Assembly (NCBI RefSeq): GCF_016432865.1
Contig: NC_067403.1
Coordinates: forward strand, 245,334,001 to 245,398,000
Direction: 5' to 3'
Length of the DNA: 64,000 nt
Origin: Antechinus flavipes
Lineage: Eukaryota
In this document: positions 1-13,562 of the stretch, in pieces
Position numbering within the stretch: position 1 is the stretch's first letter
How the letters are laid out: each line of letters starts with the position of its first letter
The notes under the pieces: generated by a model
Seen by the model: only the letters and a program-made list of their open reading frames with translations
The model's database searches: none
Told to the model about the DNA's origin: nothing
Program-made: the position numbers and the translations under genes

Positions 1-241
1 CTATAATATGGTCATTCAGGAATAGGGAATTCAAAAAATTCAAGAAAGGGGAATATAAAGACTGATAATGGAGGGAAATCTCTGAAGAGAAGATTAGAGG
101 AAATAGCCTGGTCTTTAAAAAGGATAGGATGTTAGCTGAAAAGATTGGGGAAAGCTTTCTAATGAGGAAAATACTATGAGCAAAGGTAGGCAAACTGGAA
201 GATTCAAAGCAATAGAGAAGTAATTGTTGCATGCTTCATGT

Positions 242-273
<32 letters not shown>

Positions 274-778
274 TACTATCTTATACCTGACACAAAGGTT
301 AAAATTCCTGCTACAAGGAAATTGTCATTTTATAAAAACAGAAATTGTGGGTATGGTGTTAAATGTTTTTCTTCTTGATATTAAGATTAAGTATGATTTT
401 ATAGTTTTATTAGATATCTTTATTTTACTGCACATTTTCATTAAAATCTCTAAGAAAAATAGTCATAGCATTGATTAGGGTTCTTAGTAGATAAGTAGCA
501 TTTTGTAATCACTAAGTGATTGTGACTTTTATCGCCCAAATTTAAAAAAAAATTGAAATGAAACATGTATGTGTGTGTGTGTATGTGTGTGTGTGTAAGA
601 TATTCATCTTATATAAAAGTGCATTAAAACTTGTTATGTTAACTATGTTAATATGTTAAATATGGGAGGAATATTTCTAGTCTTGAGATTGAGCCACCTC
701 TTCTTTGTTGAACACATACAAGTAAAGTGATTGGTTGGTCCTCAATTCATCTTTTTCTATAGGCAGAAGACTCACTCA
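1..778 (+). repeat. Older duplicate of the OR 5' flank at 12802-13562
   Basis: ctataatatggtcattca(g/a)gaatagggaattcaaaaaattcaagaaagggg and following sequence is collinear up to the ATG. Confidence 0.9.
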
Positions 779-1702
779 ATGGCAAAGGACAATCTCACAG
801 TTGTGGAGGGATTCATTCTTCTGGGATTTTCTGATCTTCCCAACCTCCAAGGGTTTCTCTTTGGCATTTTCTCTGTCATCTACCTATGTATATTGATAGG
901 AAATGGCCTCCTCATTGTCATAACCAAGATTGATCCAAGTCTCCAAACACCAATGTATTTTTTCTTGGGGAATTTTTCCTTCTTGGAAATCTGTTACACA
1001 TCAGTCACTATACCCAGAATGCTGGTAGATCTTTGGACACAAAAGAGCACTATTTCTTTCCTACGCTGTGCTGTACAAACCTGTTTCCTCTATATTCTGG
1101 GAGTGGCAGAATGCTTGCTCCTTGCAGTGATGGCATATGATCGTTATGTGGCCATTTGTAAGCCTCTCTACTATCCTCTCATCATGAATCGTAGAGTATG
1201 TATCCAATTGGTTGTGTTGTCCTGGATGATTGCGGTTCCGGTACTGATAGGGGAGACATACCTGATTTTCTGTCTCAATTTTTGTGGTTCTAAAAAACTT
1301 AATCATGTTTTTTGTGAGGCTCCACCATTACTGGAGTTGGCCTGTGGGGACACATATAAGGCCCAGCTCTCTGTCCAACTTGTTGCATTGTTGTTTATCA
1401 TAACTCCCTTTCTGTTGATACTCACATCCTATGTCAAAATCATAATTACTATCCTGAGACTGCCTTCAACCTCAGGGAGATCCAAAGCCTTTTCCACCTG
1501 CTCATCACATCTTATAATTGTGTGTTTATTCTATGGTTCTGGTAGTATTGTGTATTTGAGGCCAAAATCCCATCATTCTACAGGATCAGTCAAGGTGTTT
1601 GCTCTTTTCTATACCACTGTGACCCCAGTATTTAACCCCTTGATATATAGCCTCAGAAATAAGGATGTCATTGCTGCTCTGAGAAAACTGCTTCCTAAGT
1701 GA
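779..1702 (+). CDS. Olfactory receptor, family 10 (OR10AG1-like), copy 1, 307 aa
   Basis: ATG at 779 follows a splice acceptor (ttctatAG at 761-762); the TTG extension in the ORF track is intronic. Has the N-glycosylation site NLT and the OR motifs LQTPMYFFL, MAYDRYVAIC, KAFSTCSSH and PLIYSLRNKDV. Subfamily assigned by resemblance to OR10AG1 from memory. Confidence 0.95.
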   Translation: MAKDNLTVVEGFILLGFSDLPNLQGFLFGIFSVIYLCILIGNGLLIVITKIDPSLQTPMYFFLGNFSFLEICYTSVTIPRMLVDLWTQKSTISFLRCAVQTCFLYILGVAECLLLAVMAYDRYVAICKPLYYPLIMNRRVCIQLVVLSWMIAVPVLIGETYLIFCLNFCGSKKLNHVFCEAPPLLELACGDTYKAQLSVQLVALLFIITPFLLILTSYVKIIITILRLPSTSGRSKAFSTCSSHLIIVCLFYGSGSIVYLRPKSHHSTGSVKVFALFYTTVTPVFNPLIYSLRNKDVIAALRKLLPK

Positions 1703-3545
1703 ATCAGGTCATAGTGTCATAAACAAAATATATGAACTTTGTTTTTATTTTATTTTCTCCACAGTTCATACAAAAATACATATCTGCTGGCGTTTCTTGT
1801 TTTTACATATCAATGAATATGTACATAAATTAGAGAAAAGCAAAACACTGTATTTCAAATATAGAAAAATATTAGCCTAAAGTTTGTTAGATTATGAAAG
1901 GGCTTAAATTGTTGTGACTTAAATGGTTTCAAATAATTAGAGATACTTTGAGTGCAATCACTTTTGCAATCTTTTCTAGTACTATCCTAATATTATGTCA
2001 ACTTATACTTTTTTAAAGGAAAAAGAAGAGAGAAAGAAAGAGAAAGAGAGAGAGACAGAGAGACACAGAGAGAAACAAAGACAGAGACAGAGACAGATAG
2101 AGATAGAGAAGGAGAGAGAGAGGAGATTGTAATTTTCATGAATTTGAAGGTCTTTTATATGAGTGAGAGAGGGTAATAGAATCAATACAAATCTATCTAT
2201 AAGCTTCTCTCCCTCATTTGAAAGACTTTCAAATTCCTGGAAACTATGATCATTCATGCTTTAGTTCTCTATTTTAAACAACTCTAGCTTCTAAAATCTC
2301 TAATTCTGAATTCTGTGGCGAATTTTATGCAATTAAATCTTTCAATAGTCTCTTGACACAACATTTCCCTATTAACATTGAATTTGCAGAAAACAAAATT
2401 AGTAAGATATTTTTCTCATTTTATTTAACTAACCTATTTAATTACATATTAATAATATCACCAAGATTGTACTTTTTCTTTTAATCAACACACAAGAAAT
2501 GTATACCTAACATTTTGTTATTGGCTCAAATTTTAGTTTGGATATCATATATAATTTTGTCTACTGATTTCATTCATTCCTTTTTAGAATTGAATTGAAT
2601 ATCCTCTCATTTTGAATCAAAAGGTAAGGTGATCTGACTTCTCCAGCATGTGAATTCGTCTTTCTAGCTTTGTGTTAATGAAGGATGTAATCAGAATAAA
2701 TACAATTTGTGCTTTCATTTCTGCCCCAGAAGGTTGTTTCGGATTAAAGAGAAGATAGTAATATAAATTCATTTTATTTATAATTCATATCTATTTAGCT
2801 AGCTAGCTATCATCTGCCTGCCAGTCTATCTCCAAATATATGTATAAATGTGTATGTATGGAGAAGTGGAGAAAAATATAAATTTGATATAGTAAAATAA
2901 GAAATCTGGTGGAGTTTCAAATTTTTATGTCTCATCATTCTCATGTCAGGAGGGTACGTGGAGTTGAGATTATTTTTTGGTTTTTTTAGATCAAAAATAT
3001 GCAACATATAAAACAATAATACGGAATGTAATTATATATGTAAATTTTATGACTACAATTCACTTACACGTATATAAACATCCCATATGTATGTATATAG
3101 CACAGATATGCATACATTACAAATATTCATGGAGAGTATAAAGTTAGCCATAGTGAGCCAGTGGACAGAAAGCCAAGCCTGGGATCAGAAAACTCCTCTT
3201 TTATAGTTTAAATTCAGTCTCAGACACTTATTAACTCTGTGACTCTAAGTAAATCTTTAACTCAATTTGTTCATTTTCTTTATAATGAGAACAGTGTCTT
3301 TACCAAGAAAATTCAAGGGTGGAGAATTAGTTTGAACTCAACAAAATAAATATATAATACTTTGAATATATACTTATATGTGTTATGTATGTGTGTATGT
3401 ATATATACATATACATAAATGTGTAGATAGATATTTTCTCTAAAATATTTAGCCATATGCATACACACATATATGAATTCATATATGTGTTTATGTTTAT
3501 ATAATACAAAATACATGTATAGATATACCTAAATATAGTATACAT

Positions 3546-3825
3546 GGGGGCGAGCCCCAAGGGGCTCTCGCTTCTGGCGCCAAGCGCCCAGCCCACAGCT
3601 GGGCGCCACCCACTCCCAGGACAGTGTCAGGTGGGGAGTTTGACTGGGGCGGTACACTTGTCAAACCGTAACACAGGTGTCCTAAGGAGAGCTCAGGAAG
3701 GACAGAAACCTCCTGTGGAGCAGAAGGGCAAAAGCTCGCTTGATCTTGATTTTCAGTATGAATACAGACCATGAAAGCAGGGCCTCACGATCCTTCTGAC
3801 CTTTGGGGTTTTAAGCAGGAGGTGT
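3546..3825 (+). pseudogene. 28S rRNA fragment (about 280 bp, 3' half of LSU rRNA), non-functional
   Basis: Contains GGGGAGTTTGACTGGGGCGGTACAC, GAGCAGAAGGGCAAAAGCTCGCTTGATCTTGATTTTCAG and CCTCACGATCCTTCTGAC, conserved LSU sequence. Many CpG-to-TpG/CpA changes indicate genomic decay. Confidence 0.95.
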
Positions 3826-4025
3826 GAATTCACAAAGTTACAAAGTTTACTTTGTGAAACTCCCATACTTGTGAACTCCAATGAGTAAAGGTGTGAACAC
3901 AAGCCTTGTATTAATTAATTCTACTTAGTACCTTGTTTCAGGTTCTGGCCCAAAACATCTTCTTGTAAGATCAGATCAATAATCTATCAACTCTAATGAG
4001 TTAGCAGTTTGTAAAGATTCCAACA
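3826..4025 (-). mobile_element. Partial LTR (U3 5' end), related to the LTRs of the NMRK2 provirus
   Basis: Reverse complement of about 3870-4025 aligns with 21970-22120, starting at the terminal TGTTGGAATC. Confidence 0.88.
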
Positions 4026-4077
4026 CATATACATACATTCAGATAGATAGGTTGATTGGTAGGTAGATGGTAGGTAC

Positions 4078-4330
4078 TGTTGTTCCATTATTCAGTTGTT
4101 GTTGACTCATTATAACCCCATGGATTTGTCCATGAGGATTTCTTGGCAAAGATACTAGACTGATTTAATATTTCTTTCTCCTGTGTGTCAACATTTTACA
4201 TATTTGGACCTAAGTCAAATAATGTGTAAGTGATTTGCCCAGGGAAATAGAATAAGTAAGTATCTGAGATCAAATATGAATTCAGATCTTCCATTTATGA
4301 ACTTGGCACACAATTTACCATACCACATAG
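4078..4330 (-). mobile_element. MAR1/MIR-type SINE
   Basis: ttcttggcaaagatactag...tttgcccaggg...gtaagtatctgagatcaaatatgaattcag. Similar remnants lie near 3140-3320, 4800-4920, 7410-7640, 16015-16240, 25985-26190, 31935-32160, 55360-55620 and 56060-56240. Confidence 0.7.
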
Positions 4331-4654
4331 CAGACAAAACTAGGTATATGCAGGGCACATGTGTGTATATTCACACATGCAATTGTATGCATATGCATGT
4401 GTGTCAACATAAATGCATATATACTGCACATATATAATTACATTGATATTTATGGTTATACATGAGTAAATATAAATAATATGCATTGTGCATATGTTCA
4501 TATATACAGTATATACCATGTGTTACCTGTATAGCATATATATATATATATGTATGTACGTATGTATATAGTGAATTTTACTATTTACTATTTACTTGTG
4601 AATTTACTATTTAACATATGATGTGAGAATATAAAAATGGAAATGCATTTAAAC

Positions 4655-4687
<33 letters not shown>

Positions 4688-4742
4688 TACGAATAGACTC
4701 TATGGAACACTATACACAGCACCTCTATAGCTGGATAGATAA

Positions 4743-4774
<32 letters not shown>

Positions 4775-6714
4775 GTATTTAATATAATAATTAATACACT
4801 TAATCCTGTGTACCTCTGTAAAAGGGGTTGGAGAAGGAAATGGCAAAGGAATCCAGAATCTCTGCCAAGAAAACCCCAAACAGGATCATAAAGAGTTGCA
4901 TACAGCTAAAATGAATAACTGACAAATGGGTAGCTAAGTCTTATTTTCATGAGAATTTAGATTGAAATACTATATCTGACTCACAATATATATGAAAAGT
5001 GGCATGTTTATTAACATCTTTTCTTATATATAAAATGAAGATCTTATTTTATATTACTTAGAATATTACTGCTAATATGAAAATATCCTTCAATGAAAAG
5101 TTATGTCATTGCTTTATAAATCTTTAAAAAAAACAAAACAAAATTATGATAATGTTAGCTGTTACATCTGTTCTGAACTCATAGATATGAACTACATTTT
5201 TTTTCCCTCTTCCTCAATAATCCCCAAAACCTCCACCTCATAAGCAATATTTTTGCTTGAATAACTGGCAGTTTTGTGAGTGAGTATGATTGTAGGTTTC
5301 CTGTGTTTGATCTCCCTATAGTGAATATCAAGGAGTAATTGGTACATTGTTAGCTTTTGAAATACATTATTAAATATAATCAAATGGCACCTAAAACATG
5401 CCCTGCATCTACTAATTCACTAATTACCGAAAAAGATTAGTTTATTAGAACCTTTTCCTAATGTAACCATAATTTTCTTTTGAAAATGGCACTTTTGTTT
5501 TGATACATTCACTAACTGCTCCTATAGTAGAAGTATACAGAAAATGCCATCTGCATCCAGTAAAAAATCTAAAGAGACTGAATATAAATCAACACATACT
5601 ATGTACACTTTTTTTCCTGTTTTTTTAGTCCCTCCCATTGTTTTTCCCTTTTGCTCTGATTTTTATCTCCCAACATGATTCATAAAGCAATGTGCATTAA
5701 AAATAAATAAATTTACTATAATAAAAAGAATATAGTTACAAAGTAGAAGCAATAGAAATTTTAAAGTCAGATAAGAAATTAAAATCAGAAATTAATTGTG
5801 TATACTCAACCATCCAAAGTACATGAAAAAAAAAAGGAAAAGAAAGAAGAATTTGCAGTTATAAAATAAGGAGCCAAATTAGAAATCTCAATATCACAAA
5901 CATTTGATGAAACAACCCTCATGCTGAAACATGGCTCTATGAAAAAAAAAAAAATTCTCAATCTTAGGAAACAGAATTGATAAAATGTTATATATGTATT
6001 AATAAAATATAGAATCAGAATGAACAAGACAAAGATATGTACACAATGATAATTGGAGGAAAAAACACTTGAATTACTTGTCAATGGAATACAATATAGA
6101 TGAAATGGAAAGAAACAGAGAAACTGATATATTCAAAAGAGTTCATGATACTGGAAAAGAGATCTACTATATTAATACAAAATAATTTCAATTATCCAGA
6201 TATTTGCATATATTTTCCTCTTTCTCTTCCTCCTTCTTCTTTTTCCTCCTCTTCCTCCTCCTCACCCTCTTTCTTGCTCTCTCTCTTTCTCTCTCCCTCT
6301 CTCTTTTATTCTCTCACTCTCCCTGTATGTGTGTGTGTGTCTATTTCTCTGTATTTATCACCCTGTCTTTGGTCTTTCTCTCTCTTAGTTTCCTTTTCTC
6401 ACTTTGTCTCTACCTGTTTGTCTATTCTTATATATCTATCTTTGTTTTTGTGTGCATCTATGTTTTTCTCAGCCTCTGTTTCTTTCTGCTTGTTCTTCTC
6501 CTCTTGCCTACAGTGATAGAAAAGCTTAAAAGATAATAAAGTAAAATGTGATACAACCAAAACTTAAAAGAATGCTGGAAATTGATCTCGGGCCCAAAAA
6601 GAATTATAGAAGAACTTAAAATATTCTAATTGTCAAAGAAAATAGATAGAGTAAAATTTGGAAAATAAATTGATGTAAGAGAATTATGAAAAAAAAAAGT
6701 CAGTGATGAAGGAG

Positions 6715-6751
<37 letters not shown>

Positions 6752-7032
6752 GGGATTTCCTTTTCACAAATTTTTTTCTCAGAAAAACTTGAAAAACCTT
6801 ACATGAAGAGATGCAAAGTGAAATGAACAGAATGAAGATTTCATCACATGCATTTATTGAAGTACTGTATATCTATCAAGAATGAATGTTTTAGGTATTC
6901 TCAGAAAAACAATGATTCAATATGATTCTAAAGGACTAAAAATGAAAAATGTCATTCATATAAGAAAAAGCCTTAAAGGAGTCTGAAGGTAGATCACAGC
7001 ATACTTTTTTCTTTATTTCATTGTTATTATTA

Positions 7033-7175
7033 TTTTTTGCCAAGGCAATTGGGGTTAACTGATTTGCCTAGCGTCACACAGCTAGGAAGTGTTAAGTGTC
7101 TGAGGCCAAATTTGAACTCAAGTCCTCCTAACTTCAGGGCTAGTACTCTAACCACTGCACAACTTAAAGTACCCC
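7033..7175 (-). mobile_element. Short marsupial CORE-SINE (WSINE1-type)
   Basis: ggcaattggggttaa...tgcctagcgtcacacagctagga...tgtctgaggccaaatttgaactca...ctctaaccactgcac, with an A-tail on the minus strand. Confidence 0.8.
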
Positions 7176-8179
7176 TTTTTCTTTATTTTTCTATTTTTGT
7201 GAGTTTTTTTTTCTTTCAGCACATGATAAATAAGGAAATAATGTTTTCCATAATGACACATGCATAATACTTGTCAGAATGCTTCTCTTCTCAATGATGG
7301 TGCAGGAGAGGGAAGAAATTTGGAATTCAGAATTTGAAATGTCATCTTACTTGCAATGTGGTAATAAATAATTAAAACAAAAGAAAAAAATCTGCATATA
7401 CATATATAATCATCATGTTGTTGAGTTGCATATGTCTCTTGCTGACTCTATGGGGATTTATTGGCAAAGAAACTGGAGTGGTTTGCCATTTCCTTTTTCA
7501 GCTCATTTTATCAATAAGAAAGTAGAGGCAAATAGGCTAGAAAGACTTGCACAGAATCATCCATCTGGGGTCTGAGACTACCTATGAATGTAGATATTCC
7601 TGATTGACAATTTTGTAGTCTATTTCTTGTGCCACCTAATGCACACCTACAAGGTATGTAGCTTGTGCAAGCTTCGGACAATATTGGCCCAAATCAAATT
7701 CATTGCATATGTAAGAGTTCTTATATATTATACATTATAGATGTTAAGAGGTTGCATATATATATATATGAATTCAGTCTCAGAAGAGATAAAAAATCCA
7801 AACATAAGTAACAAGGTCCAAGAGACCTTAGGCAATATAGCTGGTTAGATTACAATACTTAAAGAATTCAATGACAAGGCAAATAGCAAAATCAGCAGAT
7901 TTTAGGACATGTGCTAGGTCCAGTGGGAAGACCTGGAAGCCCTCTATCTTGATAAGTAGCAATTTTTTACCTATTCAATTATTGGAGTCTCAACCTCTAT
8001 TCCTGGTGGAACATTATGTACATTTGCTCAAACTGCCTCCTTTTAAGAAAATTGGGGAACAAAGAAGAGAAATAACTCGTGAAAGTCATCCAGGAAGGAT
8101 TGATAGTGGAGCTAAGATTCAAGTCTATATTTTCTCTGATGAAGTACCATGCATTTTCTTCTACTTATTTTTTTTTATT

Positions 8180-9100
8180 CTTTAGTTTTGTTTGACAATT
8201 TCCTATCTCATTTAGTGACTCACTTCCATTTGTTCAGTTCCAATTTTCAAGGAATCATTTCCTTCAATTAGCTTTTTGTTACCTCCTTTTTCATTTCAGC
8301 AATTGAACATTTAAATGAATTGATTTGCTTCCCCCCTCCCCATTTTATTAATTCTATTTTTAGGATGTTTTTCTTATTTTCTATTTCACTAAATCTGCTT
8401 TTCAAAGAAATGGCTTATCTTTCCATATCATGAAATCCATTTTGAAAGGAGTGATTTTCTTCAGACAATTTCTGTGTTTCCTTTTCCAAGCCTCTTAATT
8501 CCTTTCCCCATTTTTACTCTCTCTTTTAAAATCTTTTTTGAATTCTTGCAATACAGCCTTTTGAATTTGAAAGCAATTCATATAGCCTTTTGAGGCTTCA
8601 GCTAGACATGGGTTTCAGGTCAATTTTTCCTTGTTTCCATAACAGTTATCAGTTATCAATGATCAGAGCTTTTTTTGTTTTGTTTTGTTTTTGTTTGTTT
8701 TATTTAGGTTTCTTTAGGTTTTTTGGGGGGGAGGGGTTTTCTCATTTTTATAGGTTGAGGTGTACTTTTAAGGTAAAGGAGGAAATTGTTCCAGGCTTCC
8801 TTCATAGAAAACAATGGCTTCACAGTGCCCTGGGGATAGTGCTGCTAACGGCTTTCTTAGGCTGAGTATGTGTGACCAAGTCCCATCTTTTTTGCTGGGG
8901 TTCAAGGGCTCATTATTTGCTTTCTGTGGTTGTATTGGAGGTCTCACAGCTAGTCTGCTGATACACTAGCTTCTGAACCAGAATAGAATAGTCAGTGCTA
9001 CTTTATTTTGGCTAAGAAACTCACTGTAGGTTTTCCTCACAAGTAGAGGCTTCTCCTCGGGGCTTCCCAATGCTGCCTTCCTGACTGCCCAATTGAGAAA
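8180..9100 (-). mobile_element. Probable old L1 5'/ORF1-region remnant
   Basis: T-rich antisense L1-like composition; weak similarity only. Confidence 0.45.
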
Positions 9101-9728
9101 AATTTCTTTATTTTTCCTGAAATTCTTCTAAAATATCTTCTGATGGAAATTGATTATACTCCATATATTTGTGGATTCTGTCACTTCAAAACCTATTTGG
9201 TATCGATTCTGAGAAAGCCAGAAATAGCTCAGACAAAGACATGTCTACCCTCTGCCCTCTTGGCTCTGCCCCAAACCCATATCTACTGATGCATAACTAT
9301 GTGGTCCTAGCACTTTCCTTCTGCTCTACCCAGTATGAATGCACTAGAATACCTTCCCATGATCTAGAATAACTATGCCAAATGTTTCATTAAGCTATGA
9401 GATGCTATAGAATAGATAGCTCCATGATATTAAGAGCTGCATTTTTCTAAATATTTCCTTTGAAAAATTGAAGAGAATAAGTAATTAAATGTTTCAATTA
9501 TGATAGTGAATGATTAAAAAATTCCCTACTATTTGATAATTGCTTTTCTCCACATAACACTGTGGAATAAGGAATGGAAAATAACCTTGTTTTCATTTTA
9601 CAGATCAGGAAGCGAAGATGAAGAGAAATGTATCCTTACAATAAAGAGATACATCTCATTCTGTCTAAGGTCCCAATATAATCCCTTGACTCAAAACTCA
9701 GAATTGTTTTCCCTTATAAAATCCTGCC

Positions 9729-9836
9729 TCATTAAAAGTGATTTAAAGATTGGACTTTGAGCCAGAACATGTCTTTTCTCATTAAAAAAAAGTAAAGAAA
9801 AGAAAATGGCCTGGGAGAGGAGCTATCCCCAGAGAG
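9729..9836 (+). promoter_or_regulatory. Putative OR promoter cassette (two TAATGA homeodomain sites and two O/E-like sites) for copy 2
   Basis: TCATTA at 9729 and 9779, CCTGGGAGA at 9810, TCCCCAGAGAG at 9826; conserved at 27347, 39114 and 53720. Confidence 0.6.
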
Positions 9837-12800
9837 CTCAAAAGGACAAGAATCATTTAATCATTTGTATTAAAGAAGAGTGCTCAATGATTTCATCCAG
9901 ATTTTACATTTACAAAATATCTTGGTCTATTTTACAAAATTTGTTAGTGGATTTGGTATGTTGTAATATTTAAGGGAGAAGAATCATAGGTTCATTAAAA
10001 GGCATTGAACTTATAGGCACAAAAAACTCAGGTTGAAATCTTCTCTTTGGCACTTCACTGCTGTGTAATTTTGCTCAAGATCATTCATATTGAATTTCAG
10101 TTTCTTCAGTTTCCTCATCTGTAAAATCAGAAAATCGGTGGTACCTATATTATACTGCTGGTACATTAATGTTCACAAAGTTTTGAAAGCAATAAAGTAG
10201 CTTATGGATACACTTTATTATGTACCTGCATTATTTTCCTTATCATTATTGAAAAAGCAAGGAGTTGAATAATATTTCATCCTATCTAAGAAAGGTAAGT
10301 TTGAGCTCTTCGGCTGTCTAATTTTTAGTTTCTTTGATTTGAACAGAATTATTATCTATCTCACCTTTGTGAAAATTTTGAATTTTATGAACCTAATGAG
10401 CAATAGAGATTGAGGAAACAGATTATCCAGGGAATAAAAGATTCTGTTTATAGAATATACCCTGACCTTTCTGACAGGCTGGATGTGTATGGGGATTGAT
10501 ATAAACTTCACCCGTAATCACTTAATTAGAAAGAAATTTATCTTGTTTAATATGGCTTCATTTTTCTTATTTTTCCTTTTTCTTTTTTAAATAAAAATTT
10601 TTATCTACTTAATTTTCCTTAAAAAAAAAAAGAAAGAAAATCATTATAACTAATGAAATATTCCATACTTTGAACTTCCTTCAACACACATTTGTCAGAA
10701 AAGAAAAAGCAGGTTTTATCTCAATTCTCAGGGACCAAAGCTTTCAGTATACTTAATCAGAAGCCAGTGTTTGTTACTTTCCCCCAACTCCCATTACAAT
10801 ATGATAGAAGTAGTGGATATACTAGTCATTGTTTCTCCTTTCGTTGCTGTATCTCACTTCATTAAAAAGTCTTTATAAAGCTTTTGAGTTTATCATACTT
10901 TGATTTCCTTACAAGAAAATATTTAGTCAAAATCCTGAACCAAAAATATTTTATTCCCTGATAATTTTCCAGTTTCTTTCAGTGTTTTCTATTTTTTCCA
11001 GCTATAGTCAATCTGAATATTTTTTGAATATATAAATCTTTTCCCTTTCCTTTAACTGTTCTCCTTTCAATATATTCCATAGTAATTAGATCAATGAGGC
11101 AAAGTGTATAAAAAGTTTAGTTTTAGCTTCCATAATTTCAAATTGTTTTCTAAAATATTTAGAATAACTAAATGCTTCACTAAGAAAGTGTCATTGTATT
11201 TGTTGTCTTAATGAAGCACTATAATTGCGTATATTTAAAGCTTTTTCAATTTTGAAAATTTACAAGTATTAGGGGAATATGAAATATTACTCATTTTCCT
11301 TTTTAATAATACTTGTTATTTCTTTCAATGATTATTGATTATGCATAATTTTACTTTTGATATTATTTACATTAACTATTAGATATGTATGTATATTTAT
11401 ATATATTAGACATTTAATTCTGCCAGCCTTATGTTTATATCTGTGTTTAAAATTGTACTTTTATCAGAAATAAAGTACAAAGTACATATTTTTACTAAAT
11501 AGCCGTTCAATTTAAAAATACAGTACTAAATTTCTTTTTGTAACTAAAATGTAAAATTAAGATTATTCATTCCATGTTTTATCATTTTCTATATCATTAT
11601 TTAGAAAGGCATATTAAACATGGCAGGGGTAGGAATGATAATTTGGGGTCAAGAGAATCCAAATTCAAATCTTGTTCATATTCTTACCAAGTATGTGAAT
11701 GTTGGCAAGTTGATCAACCTCTTTGATTTTTGTATAAAATAAATGTAAGTTAATTGTATTATTTAATATCATTTAGATTTTACCAGTCACTTAAAAATAT
11801 CCTTTTATACTTAAGTTAAAATGATAAAATCTTCATAACTAGTCAATTTCTCACAACATAAAACTTTATATTTCGTCTTAGCTCATTGGTATGGTATAGA
11901 AAATATGATGATATGCACAAATGGAGGAATGACATTGGTATATTTGTTGGTCTAGTCAAACAGATCTAAAGGTAAAAGATACCTCAGAAATCAACTGTCA
12001 CATTACAAATGAGGAAAATGAGGTGAAGAGATGATAAATTACTTTATAATCCCAACATAGATAATAAGATTGGTGTTCAGAATTAAATCTATTTTCTGAA
12101 TCTACAACACATATTTCTTTTGTTGTAATATGTTTCCACACTGAACAATCCAAGATAGTTAGATAGATAGTATATTGGATTCAGGAGCTTTTGCTTAGCT
12201 TTTCAGTGAACTATGTCAGTCCTCTTGGTACCTAATTTTTTTTATAAATGAATCTATAATCCTTCTAATACTATCTTATTATTACCGCCTCTTACATGGA
12301 ATGCTTATGCATGGGATATATTTTAATTCATGATCATGTTTAAACATGAAACATTATATTTTCCCAAGTTCTCTATGTTATTTTTCTAGGAACAAGATTT
12401 CAAGTGGATGTTACAGTGGAAATGAGCCGATCAATACTGCCTTATTAAGTATGAAAGGAAAATAGAGCTTGGCAAATTAAAAGATACTAAAATGGACCAA
12501 CTACTTGTCACTATTGAATGAATCTCTAAATCTGAAATTTTAAGCATCAGTTGATTAGGCAGGTTTTATAGGTTACACATATTGCTAAGGACATATGATA
12601 GAGAGAATTTATTCCACTTAATTATTTTATTAAGCAGTTACTATATGAAGGACATGCTCAAGAGAGAAAGAAGATTATAAGAAATGATTTTTGTACTTTG
12701 GATGCTTAGAACACAGTTGGAAGTACAAAATGTGCATGTAGATAAGAACACATAGGTTAAGCAGAGGCCATTTGCTAATTGATCAATGTCTGGCATAGAT

Positions 12801-13562
12801 CCTATAATATGGTCATTCAAGAATAGGGAATTCAAAAAAATTCAAGAAAGGGGAATATAAAGGCTGATAATGGAGGGAAATCTCTGAAGAGAAGATTAGA
12901 GGAAATAGCCTGGTCTTTAAAAGTGATAGGATGTTAGCTGAAAAGTTTGGGGAAAGCTTTCTAATGAGGAAAATACTATGAGCAAAGGTAGGCAAACTGG
13001 AAGATTCAAAGCAATACAGAAGTAATTGTTGGATGCTTTGTGTCTTTTTTTTTTTTTTTTTTTGCTACCATATATCTGATTAAAATTCCTGCTGCAAGGA
13101 AATTGTCATTTTATAAAAACAGAAATCATAAATGTTTTTCTTCTTGCTATTAAGATTAAGTATGATTTTATAGTTTTATCAGATATCTTTATCTTACTGC
13201 ATATTTTCATTAAAATCTCTATGAAAAACAGTCATAGCGTTGATTAGGGTTCTTAGTAGATAAGTAGCATTTTGTAATCACTAAGTGATTGTGACTTTTG
13301 TCCCCAAAATTAAAAAAAAAATTTAAATGTAACATATATATGTATATATACATATATATATGTATATAAACATATATATGTAAGATATTCATCTTATATA
13401 AAAGTGCACTAAAATTTCTTATGTTAACTATGTTAATATGTTTAATATGGAAGGAATATTTGTAGTCATGAGATCGAACCACCTCTTCTTTGTTGAACAC
13501 ATACAAATAAAGTGATTGGTTGGTTCTCAATTTATTTTTTTTTTCTATAGGCAGAAGACCCA

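Noticed and set aside
731-778. 16-aa N-terminal extension of OR copy 1
   Set aside because: It starts at TTG and runs through a polypyrimidine tract and splice acceptor; the paralogs start at the equivalent of 779.
1061-1306. 81-aa antisense ORF recurring in four OR genes (also 13845, 29759, 41543)
   Set aside because: A shadow of paralogous sense-strand coding sequence; absent in copy 5; no independent signal.
3497-3774. ORFs over the GC-rich island at 3.5-3.8 kb, and a possible functional rRNA gene
   Set aside because: The sequence is a 280-bp CpG-decayed 28S fragment with no rDNA context.
6100-6536. Ser/Leu/Phe-rich ORFs in polypyrimidine tracts (also near 2003, 14791, 24907, 30686, 46133)
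   Set aside because: Translations of (CT)n/(GA)n low-complexity repeats.
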